A model generated the notes under the pieces. The model ran no database searches. It had not been told where the DNA came from and saw nothing but the letters and a program-made list of their open reading frames with translations. Position numbers and translations under genes: made by a program. From an uncultured Planctomycetaceae bacterium (lineage in GTDB: Bacteria; Planctomycetota; Planctomycetia; Planctomycetales; Planctomycetaceae): a stretch of 64,000 nucleotides of DNA. Within the stretch, counting starts at the first letter, position 1. The number at the start of each line of letters is the position of its first letter. This document shows, piece after piece, positions 42,047 through 50,973 of the stretch. The stretch spans positions 1-64,000 of the forward strand of contig CAXBME010000019.1 in assembly GCA_963976765.1 (NCBI GenBank), written 5' to 3'.

Positions 42047-42891
42047 AGCTTGGACAGATCGAACTGAAAACCGTGTCGGGTGGATTGTGCCATCTCGATG
42101 CGGGCACACTTTACGGCGTCGTTCCGCGAGTTCTTTGGGAGCGAAAAACGCCACCCGACGAGAAGAACCGGATTCCTCAACAGACGAACTGTGTCGTCGC
42201 GACGATCGATGGCCGCAACATTCTGATTGATACCGGGTATGGCTCGAAACTCCCGGAGAAGCAGCAGCGTAATCTGACTTCTGAAGCAGGCGATCCGTTG
42301 CTGCGAAATCTGGACGCAGCGGGTTTTGCTCCGGAAGACATTGATGTCGTTGTTTTTTCTCACCTCCACTTTGACCATGCCGGGGGCGGCACCTGTCTGA
42401 ACGAATCGGGAGAGGTCATTCCGTCTTTTCCGAATGCCGAGTACATCGCGCAGCGTCGTGAGTGGGTGATGGCGACGTCGGAGTTGCCCGAACTTCGCGG
42501 GGCGTACCCCCAGGAAAATCTGCTTCCATTGCAGGCTTCCGGTCAGTTGAAACTGATCGATGGCAACGTCGAGATTCTGCCGGGGCTTCGAGCGATCGTG
42601 ACGGGCGGCCATACCGAAGGGCATCAGGCGCTGTTGATTGAAAGTGGCGGCGAGACAGCGGTCTTTCTCGGAGATATTTGCGGCACACGGATGCACCTTC
42701 CGGTTCTGTGGTGCATGGCCTACGACACGAACCTCATGCAGACGCGTCGTGCGAAAGCGGATCTGCTGGGCGAGATTGCGGACCACGACTGGTTGGCCCT
42801 GCTCGATCACGATCCAGACCATGCCGCCGTTCGACTGAGCCGCGACGATCGATCGGACTTTGTTGCGTCTGAGTTGATCGACGTGCTTTAG
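42043..42891 (+). CDS. MBL-fold metallo-hydrolase
   Basis: Motifs LIDTG, SHLHFDHAGG, GGHTEGHQ and GD; overlaps the tmk stop. Confidence 0.9.
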   Translation: MKLGQIELKTVSGGLCHLDAGTLYGVVPRVLWERKTPPDEKNRIPQQTNCVVATIDGRNILIDTGYGSKLPEKQQRNLTSEAGDPLLRNLDAAGFAPEDIDVVVFSHLHFDHAGGGTCLNESGEVIPSFPNAEYIAQRREWVMATSELPELRGAYPQENLLPLQASGQLKLIDGNVEILPGLRAIVTGGHTEGHQALLIESGGETAVFLGDICGTRMHLPVLWCMAYDTNLMQTRRAKADLLGEIADHDWLALLDHDPDHAAVRLSRDDRSDFVASELIDVL

Positions 42892-43206
42892 GTCGGTTGC
42901 CGGGCAAAACTTCATCTTTGGGACCTGGGGCCAATGGTCCGCAGCTTGAGTGGAGCCAGTCGCAGCCCTTCTGTCCGTCGCGACCGGCATGGCTCGTCGA
43001 AACGAATTACGAGTCAGGAGCCGAACGACTGAATCCTGCATCGCAGTACGTCAAAACCCTTGCCGACTTCGTCCAATTGGTTTCGGTCTGCTGCTGCGAT
43101 TGGTCGATCGTTATGAGGGGATTCAGCTCTGTTTGGCGATATGCGCCGGCTGAAGTCTCGTCGCTTCAAGCGACTGAAATTGATTGTGACGATTTTGAGG
43201 TGAACA

Positions 43207-43536
43207 ATGATGGGCAACGATCGTCGAGAACTGGATCTGGTCGCAGAGCTGCGTTTACGACAGTGGGCTCGCCGGAATTATGTGCCGGTTGAGCAACGTT
43301 CTGATTCTGACTGGCATGCCGTCGTGATCAGCGAAATGCGGCGGATTGATCGAGAACTGGGACGCGGGGAGCGTGTCCAGGAAATTGTGACGTCAGCTGG
43401 AATCGTTCCACTTGAACGTTCACAGCATCAATCTGTTCGAATTGATGAGCCGCACGCTGGCGACTCAACTCCAAAGATGCACTTTACAACGTCCGCTGAT
43501 TCGCAGGTCGAAACCTTCACGCCACGGTACGTCTGA
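43207..43536 (+). CDS. Small hypothetical protein
   Basis: GAGGTG RBS upstream; 109 aa with a conserved-looking core ELRLRQWARRNYVP...WHAVV..EM. Confidence 0.7.
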   Translation: MMGNDRRELDLVAELRLRQWARRNYVPVEQRSDSDWHAVVISEMRRIDRELGRGERVQEIVTSAGIVPLERSQHQSVRIDEPHAGDSTPKMHFTTSADSQVETFTPRYV

Positions 43537-43596
43537 GTTGCCGCAGGAACGCGCACCAGAAACAGCGTTCAATCAGGTGAGCATCTGCAAGGTTGT

Positions 43597-46500
43597 TCAA
43601 GGAAGCCGGTCCACTGGGCCGGCTTTTGCGTTTTCAGGCAGCGGCACCTGAGTCGGTGACATGAGGTAACCGATCAGGTCGCGAACCTGGTCCTCCTTGA
43701 GAACGTTCAGCAGGTTCTCAGGCATCATCGACAGCTTCGAATCCCGCATAATGTCGACTTCGTCGCGCTGAATCACGATCTGCTCGGTCGCCGTCTGAAT
43801 GGTGAGCGTTTTTTCGTTCTCTGCGAGCACGACACCGTTGAGGACTCGGCCATCTTCCAGCAGCACGATTCGCATCTGGAAGTTTTTTGAAACGGTCGCG
43901 CTGGGGTCAGCGATGTTCTCCAGCAGGTAGTTCAGGTTGTGTCTTTGAGCACCGGTCAGGTCGGGAGCGATCTTCTTTCCTTCGCCAAACAGCGTGTGAC
44001 AGTTCGCGCATGACTGGCTGAACAACCAGCGACCGTTCGAAGTGTCTGCCTTTGCAAGAAACTCCGAAGTAAGCTGCCTTCGAAGCTCGGCGATTCGTTC
44101 CGCTTTCTCTCGAGATTGCTCAGCCAGTTCAGGCCAGAGTTCTGCGACTCGCACGCTGATTGCGTCGTCGCCGTAACTTTGCATCTGACGGAGCTGGAAC
44201 GCCGAGACCTCATCGCGATTAATATTCTTCGTGGCAACGGCATCCAGCAGGATGGCTGCGAAGGAAGCTCGCGAGACGAGTGTGTTGATGGCTTCCCGCC
44301 TGGCGCCGTTTCGAAAGCCGCCGAATTTTGAGACGAGTAGTTTTGGGGTTTCGTTGTTTCCAAAGGCTGCCAGCCCGTTGATTGCGTCCTTCGCAAGGTC
44401 GCGGTTTGTCAGTAGGTTTTGAAGATAAGTAACGATCGTTTCGTCTCTGGCGAGGACGAGTGCTCGAATGGCTGAACGACGTTCTTCCAGAGGCACGCCG
44501 TCGTCTTTGGCGATTTTCCGGAGCTCATCCATCGCTCGTCCGTCTCCAAAGACCAGCGACAGCTCCCTCGCCAGTTGTTTGTTGTCGCTTGAGGATTTCG
44601 CCAGGGCCAGACTCGTCTGCTGCCATTGGTTTGGCTGAGGAGCTTTTCTCCAGCCACGAAGAGCGTCGGTCATCCCGTGAAGGATGTCATGTTTCTGCGC
44701 GTCGCTCAGGTTGTCTCCGCCGAGGGCTTCGACGAGCTGATCAACGGTTTGCGGGCTTCGTTCAATTTCTTCCGTTAAACGTCGGGCGACGAGTTCTCGA
44801 ACGAGTGGCAACTTTGAATTCACGGCGAGACTAACGGCAGATTCTGGATTCGAGATGAGTGCCGGCTCGATCGCATACCAGACCATCAGCGGGAAAACCC
44901 GGTCGTCAGCAAACTCATCGTGCTGAATAAGTTGCTCGCCGATGGACCAACGCTGGTCATATGAAAGGCGGTTCATTGTTGAGGCCAGGTAAGTCAGCAC
45001 GAGCCCTGATTTCTCGGACTCGGCCATCTTCGACAGTCGCGTCTGGATTTGTGGTGACAGACTTCCGTCTTCCGCGAGCAGTCGGACAGCCCAGGCTCGG
45101 ACGTTTTCTGACGGGGCGTCGAGCAGTTTTTTCAGCAATTCCTCCGAACAGCCACCAGAAGCGTGCAATGCCCACAGAGCGGGTAAACGCTGAGCGATCG
45201 ATCGAGTAGAGAATACGAAATTGTCCCGTAGCGTTTTGCGAGCATCGGTAAGGTCTTCACCCGCAGATGCTCTCTCAGCGAGGAGTCTGATCGCTCGGAA
45301 GGTCAGCCAGGGTTGCTCAGACGAAAACACACCTGTCAACTGCTCATTGTTGGCAGTTGAGACGCGGCCGAAACGTTCGAATTCAAGCCGTTGCTTCTCT
45401 TCGCGACTCGGTCGGATCTGATAAATCCGCCCGGACGTTCGGTGCACGCCGTCGTTTTCGTGGCATTCTCCCACGTCTGACCAGTCTGCGATGTAGAGCG
45501 TGCCGTGCGGGCCGAAGTGAAGTTCGACGCCACGGAACCACGGGTCGGATGCCCGCATGAAATCTTCGGCGTGTTTGCCCGAGTAAGTCGCGCCTTCGCG
45601 CACCAGTCGGTCACGATTGATTCGCTGGCCGTGCAGATTAATGGCCAGGACAGAGTTGTCGTATTTCTTGCCCCACGGACTGCCTGACGGGACGATAACC
45701 ATTCCTGAGTGCGCGTGTCCGCCGCCGGCTTCGTCGGTGGTTTTGGTGATGCCGATCTTTTTCAGGTCATGCCATTGTTCTTTGGTGTCCCAATGAAAAT
45801 GGTCGGCCGTCTGTTCGATGACCTGGTAAACGTGCGGATTGAAGTGCTCGCCGTACATTCGGCGGAAATACGAGCCGGGGATGGCATGCCAGAGATGGCC
45901 GATCACTGTGTTGATGAAAAAGAGTTCGCCGTTCGAGTCCCAGTCCATGCCCCACGAATTGGTTGTGCCTTCGCACACGACTTCGAACGTGTGCTTCGTT
46001 GGGTGGAAACGCCAGACGCAGCAGTTGAGTGCTCGTCTTTGGTCGGGGGTTGCTCCGGGCCGCCCAACCAGCGACGTCGCCATGATTCCGTGTCGACCGT
46101 AGAGCCAGCCATCCGGTCCCCAGCGTAGCCCGTTCACAATGTTGTGCCGCACGGCGTCGTCATCCCAGCCGTCAAGCATGACGACCGGCTCGCCATCGGG
46201 AACGTCGTCTTCGTTCTTGTCTGGAATGAAAAGCAGATTGGGAGCGTCCAGAACCCAGACGCCTCCGTAGCCGATTTCGACACTCGTCAGCCGACGGCCC
46301 TGGTCCCAGAATTCGGTTCGTTTGTCAAATTTCCCGTCGTGATCTTCGTCTTCGAGGATGACAATTCGGTCTCGCATGGTGTCGTCGAAGTTGGTGGCTC
46401 GTTCGGCATAGGTGTAATTTTCTGCGACCCACAGTCGACCTCGATCGTCCGTTGCCAGCGCGATTGGCTGGTTGACGTCCGGCTCTGAAGCGAACAATGA

Positions 46501-46761
46501 AATCGTAAAACCGTCTGGCAGTTTCATTCCGGCCAGTGCGTCGGCGGCTGTTGTGAGTTTCGCTTCAGGATTCTCGGTGTTGACCAGCCGGGGGAAGCTA
46601 CCTGCCGATGAGCCGTCCGGTTTGTCGTTGGTCGGCTCGGCAGCCTTCGACTGAAAGAGGATCGTCCCGGTGGCTGACAGAGCGACCAGCGCGAGAATTG
46701 ATGAAAGGCGATGTGCGGAGGTCATGCGTTGCATTGTTGGCTCGCTGAGTTTCCTGGTCAT
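43597..46761 (-). CDS. PVC-type heme-binding protein (beta-propeller + HEAT + cytochrome c)
   Basis: Motifs FASEPDV, DDRGRLWVAE, WGPDGWLYG, CANCH heme motif, PDLTG, IADPS and SMMPE. Confidence 0.9.
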   Translation of the reverse strand: MTRKLSEPTMQRMTSAHRLSSILALVALSATGTILFQSKAAEPTNDKPDGSSAGSFPRLVNTENPEAKLTTAADALAGMKLPDGFTISLFASEPDVNQPIALATDDRGRLWVAENYTYAERATNFDDTMRDRIVILEDEDHDGKFDKRTEFWDQGRRLTSVEIGYGGVWVLDAPNLLFIPDKNEDDVPDGEPVVMLDGWDDDAVRHNIVNGLRWGPDGWLYGRHGIMATSLVGRPGATPDQRRALNCCVWRFHPTKHTFEVVCEGTTNSWGMDWDSNGELFFINTVIGHLWHAIPGSYFRRMYGEHFNPHVYQVIEQTADHFHWDTKEQWHDLKKIGITKTTDEAGGGHAHSGMVIVPSGSPWGKKYDNSVLAINLHGQRINRDRLVREGATYSGKHAEDFMRASDPWFRGVELHFGPHGTLYIADWSDVGECHENDGVHRTSGRIYQIRPSREEKQRLEFERFGRVSTANNEQLTGVFSSEQPWLTFRAIRLLAERASAGEDLTDARKTLRDNFVFSTRSIAQRLPALWALHASGGCSEELLKKLLDAPSENVRAWAVRLLAEDGSLSPQIQTRLSKMAESEKSGLVLTYLASTMNRLSYDQRWSIGEQLIQHDEFADDRVFPLMVWYAIEPALISNPESAVSLAVNSKLPLVRELVARRLTEEIERSPQTVDQLVEALGGDNLSDAQKHDILHGMTDALRGWRKAPQPNQWQQTSLALAKSSSDNKQLARELSLVFGDGRAMDELRKIAKDDGVPLEERRSAIRALVLARDETIVTYLQNLLTNRDLAKDAINGLAAFGNNETPKLLVSKFGGFRNGARREAINTLVSRASFAAILLDAVATKNINRDEVSAFQLRQMQSYGDDAISVRVAELWPELAEQSREKAERIAELRRQLTSEFLAKADTSNGRWLFSQSCANCHTLFGEGKKIAPDLTGAQRHNLNYLLENIADPSATVSKNFQMRIVLLEDGRVLNGVVLAENEKTLTIQTATEQIVIQRDEVDIMRDSKLSMMPENLLNVLKEDQVRDLIGYLMSPTQVPLPENAKAGPVDRLP

Positions 46762-47479
46762 AGTGTGTCTCGCATCGGGAGGTGTTGACGGATCAACGAC
46801 CGGAGATGCGTCTCGGAAATTTAGCCACTTTGAGCGGCCAGTTCATGCAAGTCGCAAGTTGGGAGTTTAGAACATGACGCAGGTCAGGCTTTAGCTGACG
46901 GAGTGCTGTGCGGATTTCCAACTACGAAAAGCACCAGAACCATGAAACACGAAAGGAAGAGGCTGATGGTTCTTCAATCAATTACCAGGCAGAGTCGAGT
47001 AGCCTCTCAAGAAGATTTCCGTGTCTTTGGCGTCTTTCCTGGTTCGTTGTTTCGTCGGAGAAGCACTTCGTCCGGCCGAGCCTGGCCTGCGAAGTTCTGG
47101 TCGAGCCGCCTGAAACGGTTAATCTTGACGCACAGTCGCGCTCTTGCGGAATCTGCATATATTGACATTGCCGATTGGCAGGACTAACGTCAGCGCGACT
47201 TGAGGCCGATTGACCAGAAAACGTATCGATGGTGATCTTTGGCCGTGCTGGTTCCCACCAGCCAGGCTGTCTCATGGTTAACAATCGCCCGACTGGTAGT
47301 AGCTCCGCAAGTTGTGCTTCAACCAGCCGTCGCGAATCGATAATCAGTGGCGTCCTTTTGAGATTCCACGCCGATTCGTCCCTCCGTGTGGGATATTTGC
47401 GTGTGCGGCGATGGCCATGATGGCTCAGCTGTGCTCGTCTCGCCCTTTTCCCCCGATCACTCAGCAACGAGGCTGGACC

Positions 47480-48502
47480 ATGCTCACACGACGTCAATTT
47501 GTTTCGCGAACGCTTGCCTCAGGCCTTGCCACATCAATGGCTTTGGGAAGCTCGGTTGTCCAGGCAGACGAGCTGTGGGCCGAAAAGATGTTCGAAAAGA
47601 CGACACATGATTTCGGCGTTGTCGCTCGCGGATCTGATTCCAGCTACCGCCTCAAATTGAAGAATCTCTACAAAGAGACAGTTCACATCCACGAGGTCCG
47701 GACCACCTGCGGTTGCTCTGCCGGCAAGCCGAGTCAGGAAACGTTGCACAGCCTCGAAGAGGCGTATGTCGAAATCACGATGGACACTCGGAAGTTCACC
47801 CGGCGAAAAGATTCCAACGTGATTGTCGTGTTCGATCAGCCGTCGTATCGGGAAGTTCGAATTCCGATTACGGCTTACATCCGCACGGACGTGGTGATCG
47901 ATCCGGGTTCTGCTCAGTTTGGCTCGATCGACCGCGAGCAGAAGAACGAACGGACGCTCAAGATCGCATACGCCGGTCGCGAAGACTGGAAGATCAAGGA
48001 AGTTCAGACGAACAGCGAACTTGTTGGGGCGGTCGTTAAGGAAACGAATCGTGGTGGTGGGCGAGTTGACTACGACCTGACGGTGACGCTTAGCGAGAAG
48101 ATCCCGTTCGGCCCGTTTCGGCACAGTATTACGCTGCTGACTGACGACGAAAACAGCCCGAAAGTGCCACTGCTGGTTGAGGCTGAAGTCACGCCGGACA
48201 TCGTTGTGAATCCGTCGATCGTTTCCCTGGGAACGATGACGCCCGGTCAGGAGAAGACGGTGCAGGTGGTTCTGCGAGGCAAGAAACCGTTTGAAGTTTC
48301 GGCCGTTAACTGTGTCGAAGCGAAAGATGTTTTTCAGGTTCGACTGCCAACTTCTGCGGCGCCGATTCAGATCATCCCGTTGACGGTCACCGCCCCTCAG
48401 AAAGAAGGGAAACTGGACGAGCAGATTTCTGTGACCATCCCGGGACGCACCGATCCTGTGACGTTCCGAGCGTATGGCAGGATCGCGCTTGCAGGTTCGT
48501 AA
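47480..48502 (+). CDS. DUF1573-domain Ig-like protein with Tat-like signal
   Basis: ORF from 47312, likely ATG at 47480; TRRQFV motif; HDFGVVARG...TTCGC signature; repeated Ig-like segments. Confidence 0.8.
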   Translation: MLTRRQFVSRTLASGLATSMALGSSVVQADELWAEKMFEKTTHDFGVVARGSDSSYRLKLKNLYKETVHIHEVRTTCGCSAGKPSQETLHSLEEAYVEITMDTRKFTRRKDSNVIVVFDQPSYREVRIPITAYIRTDVVIDPGSAQFGSIDREQKNERTLKIAYAGREDWKIKEVQTNSELVGAVVKETNRGGGRVDYDLTVTLSEKIPFGPFRHSITLLTDDENSPKVPLLVEAEVTPDIVVNPSIVSLGTMTPGQEKTVQVVLRGKKPFEVSAVNCVEAKDVFQVRLPTSAAPIQIIPLTVTAPQKEGKLDEQISVTIPGRTDPVTFRAYGRIALAGS

Positions 48503-48537
48503 CGGTAAATTCAGGTTTAAGATAACTTTGAAGTATC

Positions 48538-48572
48538 AAAGCCCGGCTTCTTTGTAAGAGGCCGGGCTTTTT
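48538..48572 (+). terminator. Intrinsic terminator
   Basis: AAAGCCCGGCTTCTT-tgt-AAGAGGCCGGGCTTT followed by TT. Confidence 0.85.
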
Positions 48573-48649
48573 CGACGTACTGAAGCTGCGCCCTGGCGTG
48601 AGAATTGAGACAGCGCACGGCGCGATTGTCTGGCTACGGAAGCATCTAA

Positions 48650-49765
48650 ATGTCCGCTTCGAGGCGAATCAGCTTTCTTATTACCGAGCTTGACCACGGC
48701 GGTGCCGAGCGGGCACTCGTGCGCATCGCGAGCGGTCTGGATCGAAAACTGTGGAAACCACACGTTATCTCGTTGAGCGATCGCGGGCCTCTTGCGGAAC
48801 CGTTGGAAGCGGCTGGAATTCCCGTGACGGCGATTGGTGCCGGACGAGTCCGCAGTCCCGCAGGGATCTGGCGAGCGACAGTCGGATTGACTCGTTGTCT
48901 GAAAGAGCAACAGCCTGCGGTATTACAGACGTTCCTCTTTCATGCCAACATCGCGGGACGTCTCGCCGCGGGACGTGCTGGAGTTCCCGCAGTTGTTTCG
49001 GGGATCCGGGTTGCCGAGAAACGTGGCCGTTGGCGATTGAATGTCGACCGTTGGACCGAGAGTTTCGTGGATCGCCACGTCTGCGTGAGCCGGTCGGTCG
49101 CGGAATTTTCAATCCGAGAATCGAGGCTCTCAGAGTCAAAAGTTGTGGTGATTCCTAACGGAGTTGATGTCGAGCGATTTGCCTCGGCGCAGCCAGCGGA
49201 CCTGTCTGCTTTTGGCGTTCCGTCGGACACTCGCGCGATCCTGTCCGTCGGTCGGTTGGATGAGCAGAAGAATCCTCTCGGTTTGCTGAAAAGCTTCGCC
49301 GAAATTGCCGAGGCCCAACCAGAAGTCCATCTGCTCTACGTTGGACACGGGCCTGAAGAAGCTGCATTAAGGGCGGCCGTCAGCGAGCTGAAGCTGGAGT
49401 CACGAGTTCATCTTGCCGGCTGGCAGGCCGACGTTGCAGGGATCATGCGAGCCTGTGACCTTTTCGTGCTTGCTTCAAATTGGGAAGGCATGCCGAACGT
49501 GCTGCTCGAAGCCGGGGCAGCCGGAATTCCCATTGTTTCCACTGAGGTTGAAGGTGCCGGGGAAATTATCTCCCCCGGTGAAAGTGGAGTGCTGGTGGGG
49601 ATTTCACAGCAGGCAGAACTGACCAACGCGATGAGTGATTGCCTGAACGAACCCGTCGCCGCTAAGGAGCGGGCTGGTCGGCTGCAACATTCTATTGCTG
49701 AAAGGTTTACGTGGGATTCTGTCGTGGCGGCCTACTCGAAACTATACGAGTCGCTTCACGGGTGA
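48650..49765 (+). CDS. Glycosyltransferase family 4
   Basis: Motifs GGAER, IPNGVD, VGRLDEQKN and EGMPNVLLEA. Confidence 0.9.
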   Translation: MSASRRISFLITELDHGGAERALVRIASGLDRKLWKPHVISLSDRGPLAEPLEAAGIPVTAIGAGRVRSPAGIWRATVGLTRCLKEQQPAVLQTFLFHANIAGRLAAGRAGVPAVVSGIRVAEKRGRWRLNVDRWTESFVDRHVCVSRSVAEFSIRESRLSESKVVVIPNGVDVERFASAQPADLSAFGVPSDTRAILSVGRLDEQKNPLGLLKSFAEIAEAQPEVHLLYVGHGPEEAALRAAVSELKLESRVHLAGWQADVAGIMRACDLFVLASNWEGMPNVLLEAGAAGIPIVSTEVEGAGEIISPGESGVLVGISQQAELTNAMSDCLNEPVAAKERAGRLQHSIAERFTWDSVVAAYSKLYESLHG

Positions 49766-49888
49766 AACCTGCCTCTGCGTAACGGCGGTTTGGTCCCGAC
49801 AAAGATTTTTCAAAGTCGCAAGTCTCATTGTGACAAGCATCTGTGACCGATCGAGCGACCGCTCCGTCTCGACTTTTCAAACCGCGAC

Positions 49889-49950
49889 TTGACGATTTGA
49901 ATCCGCTGATTAATGTGTGGATCGTCGTGGGGGTTAGTGGGGTTTTGTGG
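49889..49950 (+). promoter_or_regulatory. mraZ promoter with four phased GTGG MraZ-binding repeats
   Basis: TTGACG at 49889 and TAATGT at 49911 (16 bp spacer). GTGG at 49917, 49927, 49937 and 49947 gives an exact 10-bp period. Confidence 0.8.
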
Positions 49951-49975
49951 AAGAATCGGGAGTGGCGGGTGACGA

Positions 49976-50413
49976 ATGGCTCTGACTGGGACGTGGCCAA
50001 GGACGCTCGACGACAAAGGGCGGCTTGCCGTTCCGAAGCGTGTGCGCGAAGACCTTGGGGGCACGGACCTGAAGTCGCTGTTTCTGGCTCCATGGACGGA
50101 GAAGTCGCTTGCTGTGTTTACTCCGACAGATTTCGAAGCACTTGCCCAACGGTTCTCCGAGAAGTCTGCGGGGAAAGTCGACGTTCGCAATTACATGCGG
50201 CTCTTTTACGCCAGAGCGGAGCGTCTGGATGTGGATTCTCAGGGTCGCCTTCGCATTCCCGATCGACTCAAAGCGTTTGCAGAGCTCAAGCGCGAAGTCG
50301 TGCTGCTGGGAGTCAGCGATCACTTGGAACTTTGGGATGCAACTCGCTGGGACGCCTACGTTGCTCAATTGAATCCTCAGTTCGACGAGATTGCTGAACA
50401 CGCTTATGAATGA
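49976..50413 (+). CDS. mraZ: Division/cell-wall cluster transcriptional regulator MraZ
   Basis: Tandem SpoVT/AbrB motifs LDDKGRLAVP and VDSQGRLRIP; C-terminal GVSDHLELW; 145 aa. Confidence 0.95.
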   Translation: MALTGTWPRTLDDKGRLAVPKRVREDLGGTDLKSLFLAPWTEKSLAVFTPTDFEALAQRFSEKSAGKVDVRNYMRLFYARAERLDVDSQGRLRIPDRLKAFAELKREVVLLGVSDHLELWDATRWDAYVAQLNPQFDEIAEHAYE

Positions 50414-50923
50414 CCCGAACGGGTTGGACTCGTTCAAAAAAACTGGACACGACAATTGCAAAGGAGGCTGCTTGCGAACCACGGAACGGTTGAATGAGGG
50501 ATAGTTCCATTCATGACCTGAAGCCGCCCCGACGAAGGGACTCGTTGGCATCGTTAAGGACGACGATCAGAGGCTGCTGTCAGGGCTGAAGGGGGCGCAT
50601 TGGACACCGCACCACGGCGTGCAGGTTTGACTGGAGAGAAGTCGCCTGTCGTTGGTGTTCGAAATCTGAAAATTCAGGATCTGCATCAGGGAAGTACATC
50701 ACGGATGCTGTCCGCTGCCTGACCGGGCCTCGCGGAACGGGACACTCGAAGGATCGAGTGCGATAAGTGTCATCCCATCTTCGACACTTGTTGGCTGACT
50801 GTCTCTGATCGGTTGCAAGGATGCGCCGGGAGACAGGCAGTTCCGATCGCTCAGGGAAGGGCGTGATTGATATAGATGGGGCTCACTCAGCCGCTTCGCA
50901 GGGACTCGCGAGGCGGCTTTTTT
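50414..50923 (+). ncRNA. Putative CsrB/RsmZ-like CsrA-sequestering RNA (multi-GGA-hairpin RNA)
   Basis: No plausible CDS. ~19 GGA and 11 ANGGA motifs, many in hairpin loops; ends in a terminator. 5' end unknown. Confidence 0.7.
50889..50923 (+). terminator. Intrinsic terminator closing the mraZ/GGA-RNA unit
   Basis: AGCCGCTTCGC-agggactc-GCGAGGCGGCT followed by a T-run; the loop itself holds AGGGA. Confidence 0.9.
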
Positions 50924-50973
50924 ATGCGCTTTGAGGATTGTTTGCTTTCCATTCGAACGCGTGACGGCTTTGG

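Noticed and set aside
39787..43041. Minus-strand ORFs of 313, 192, 213 and 386 aa
   Set aside because: They overlap well-supported mtaB, STAS, tmk and MBL genes on the opposite strand.
50414..50923. Alternative readings of the post-mraZ region as tmRNA, 6S, CRISPR, REP array or a CDS
   Set aside because: No tRNA-like ends, no single long rod, no identical repeats with spacers, and no credible ORF. Only the loop motif recurs.
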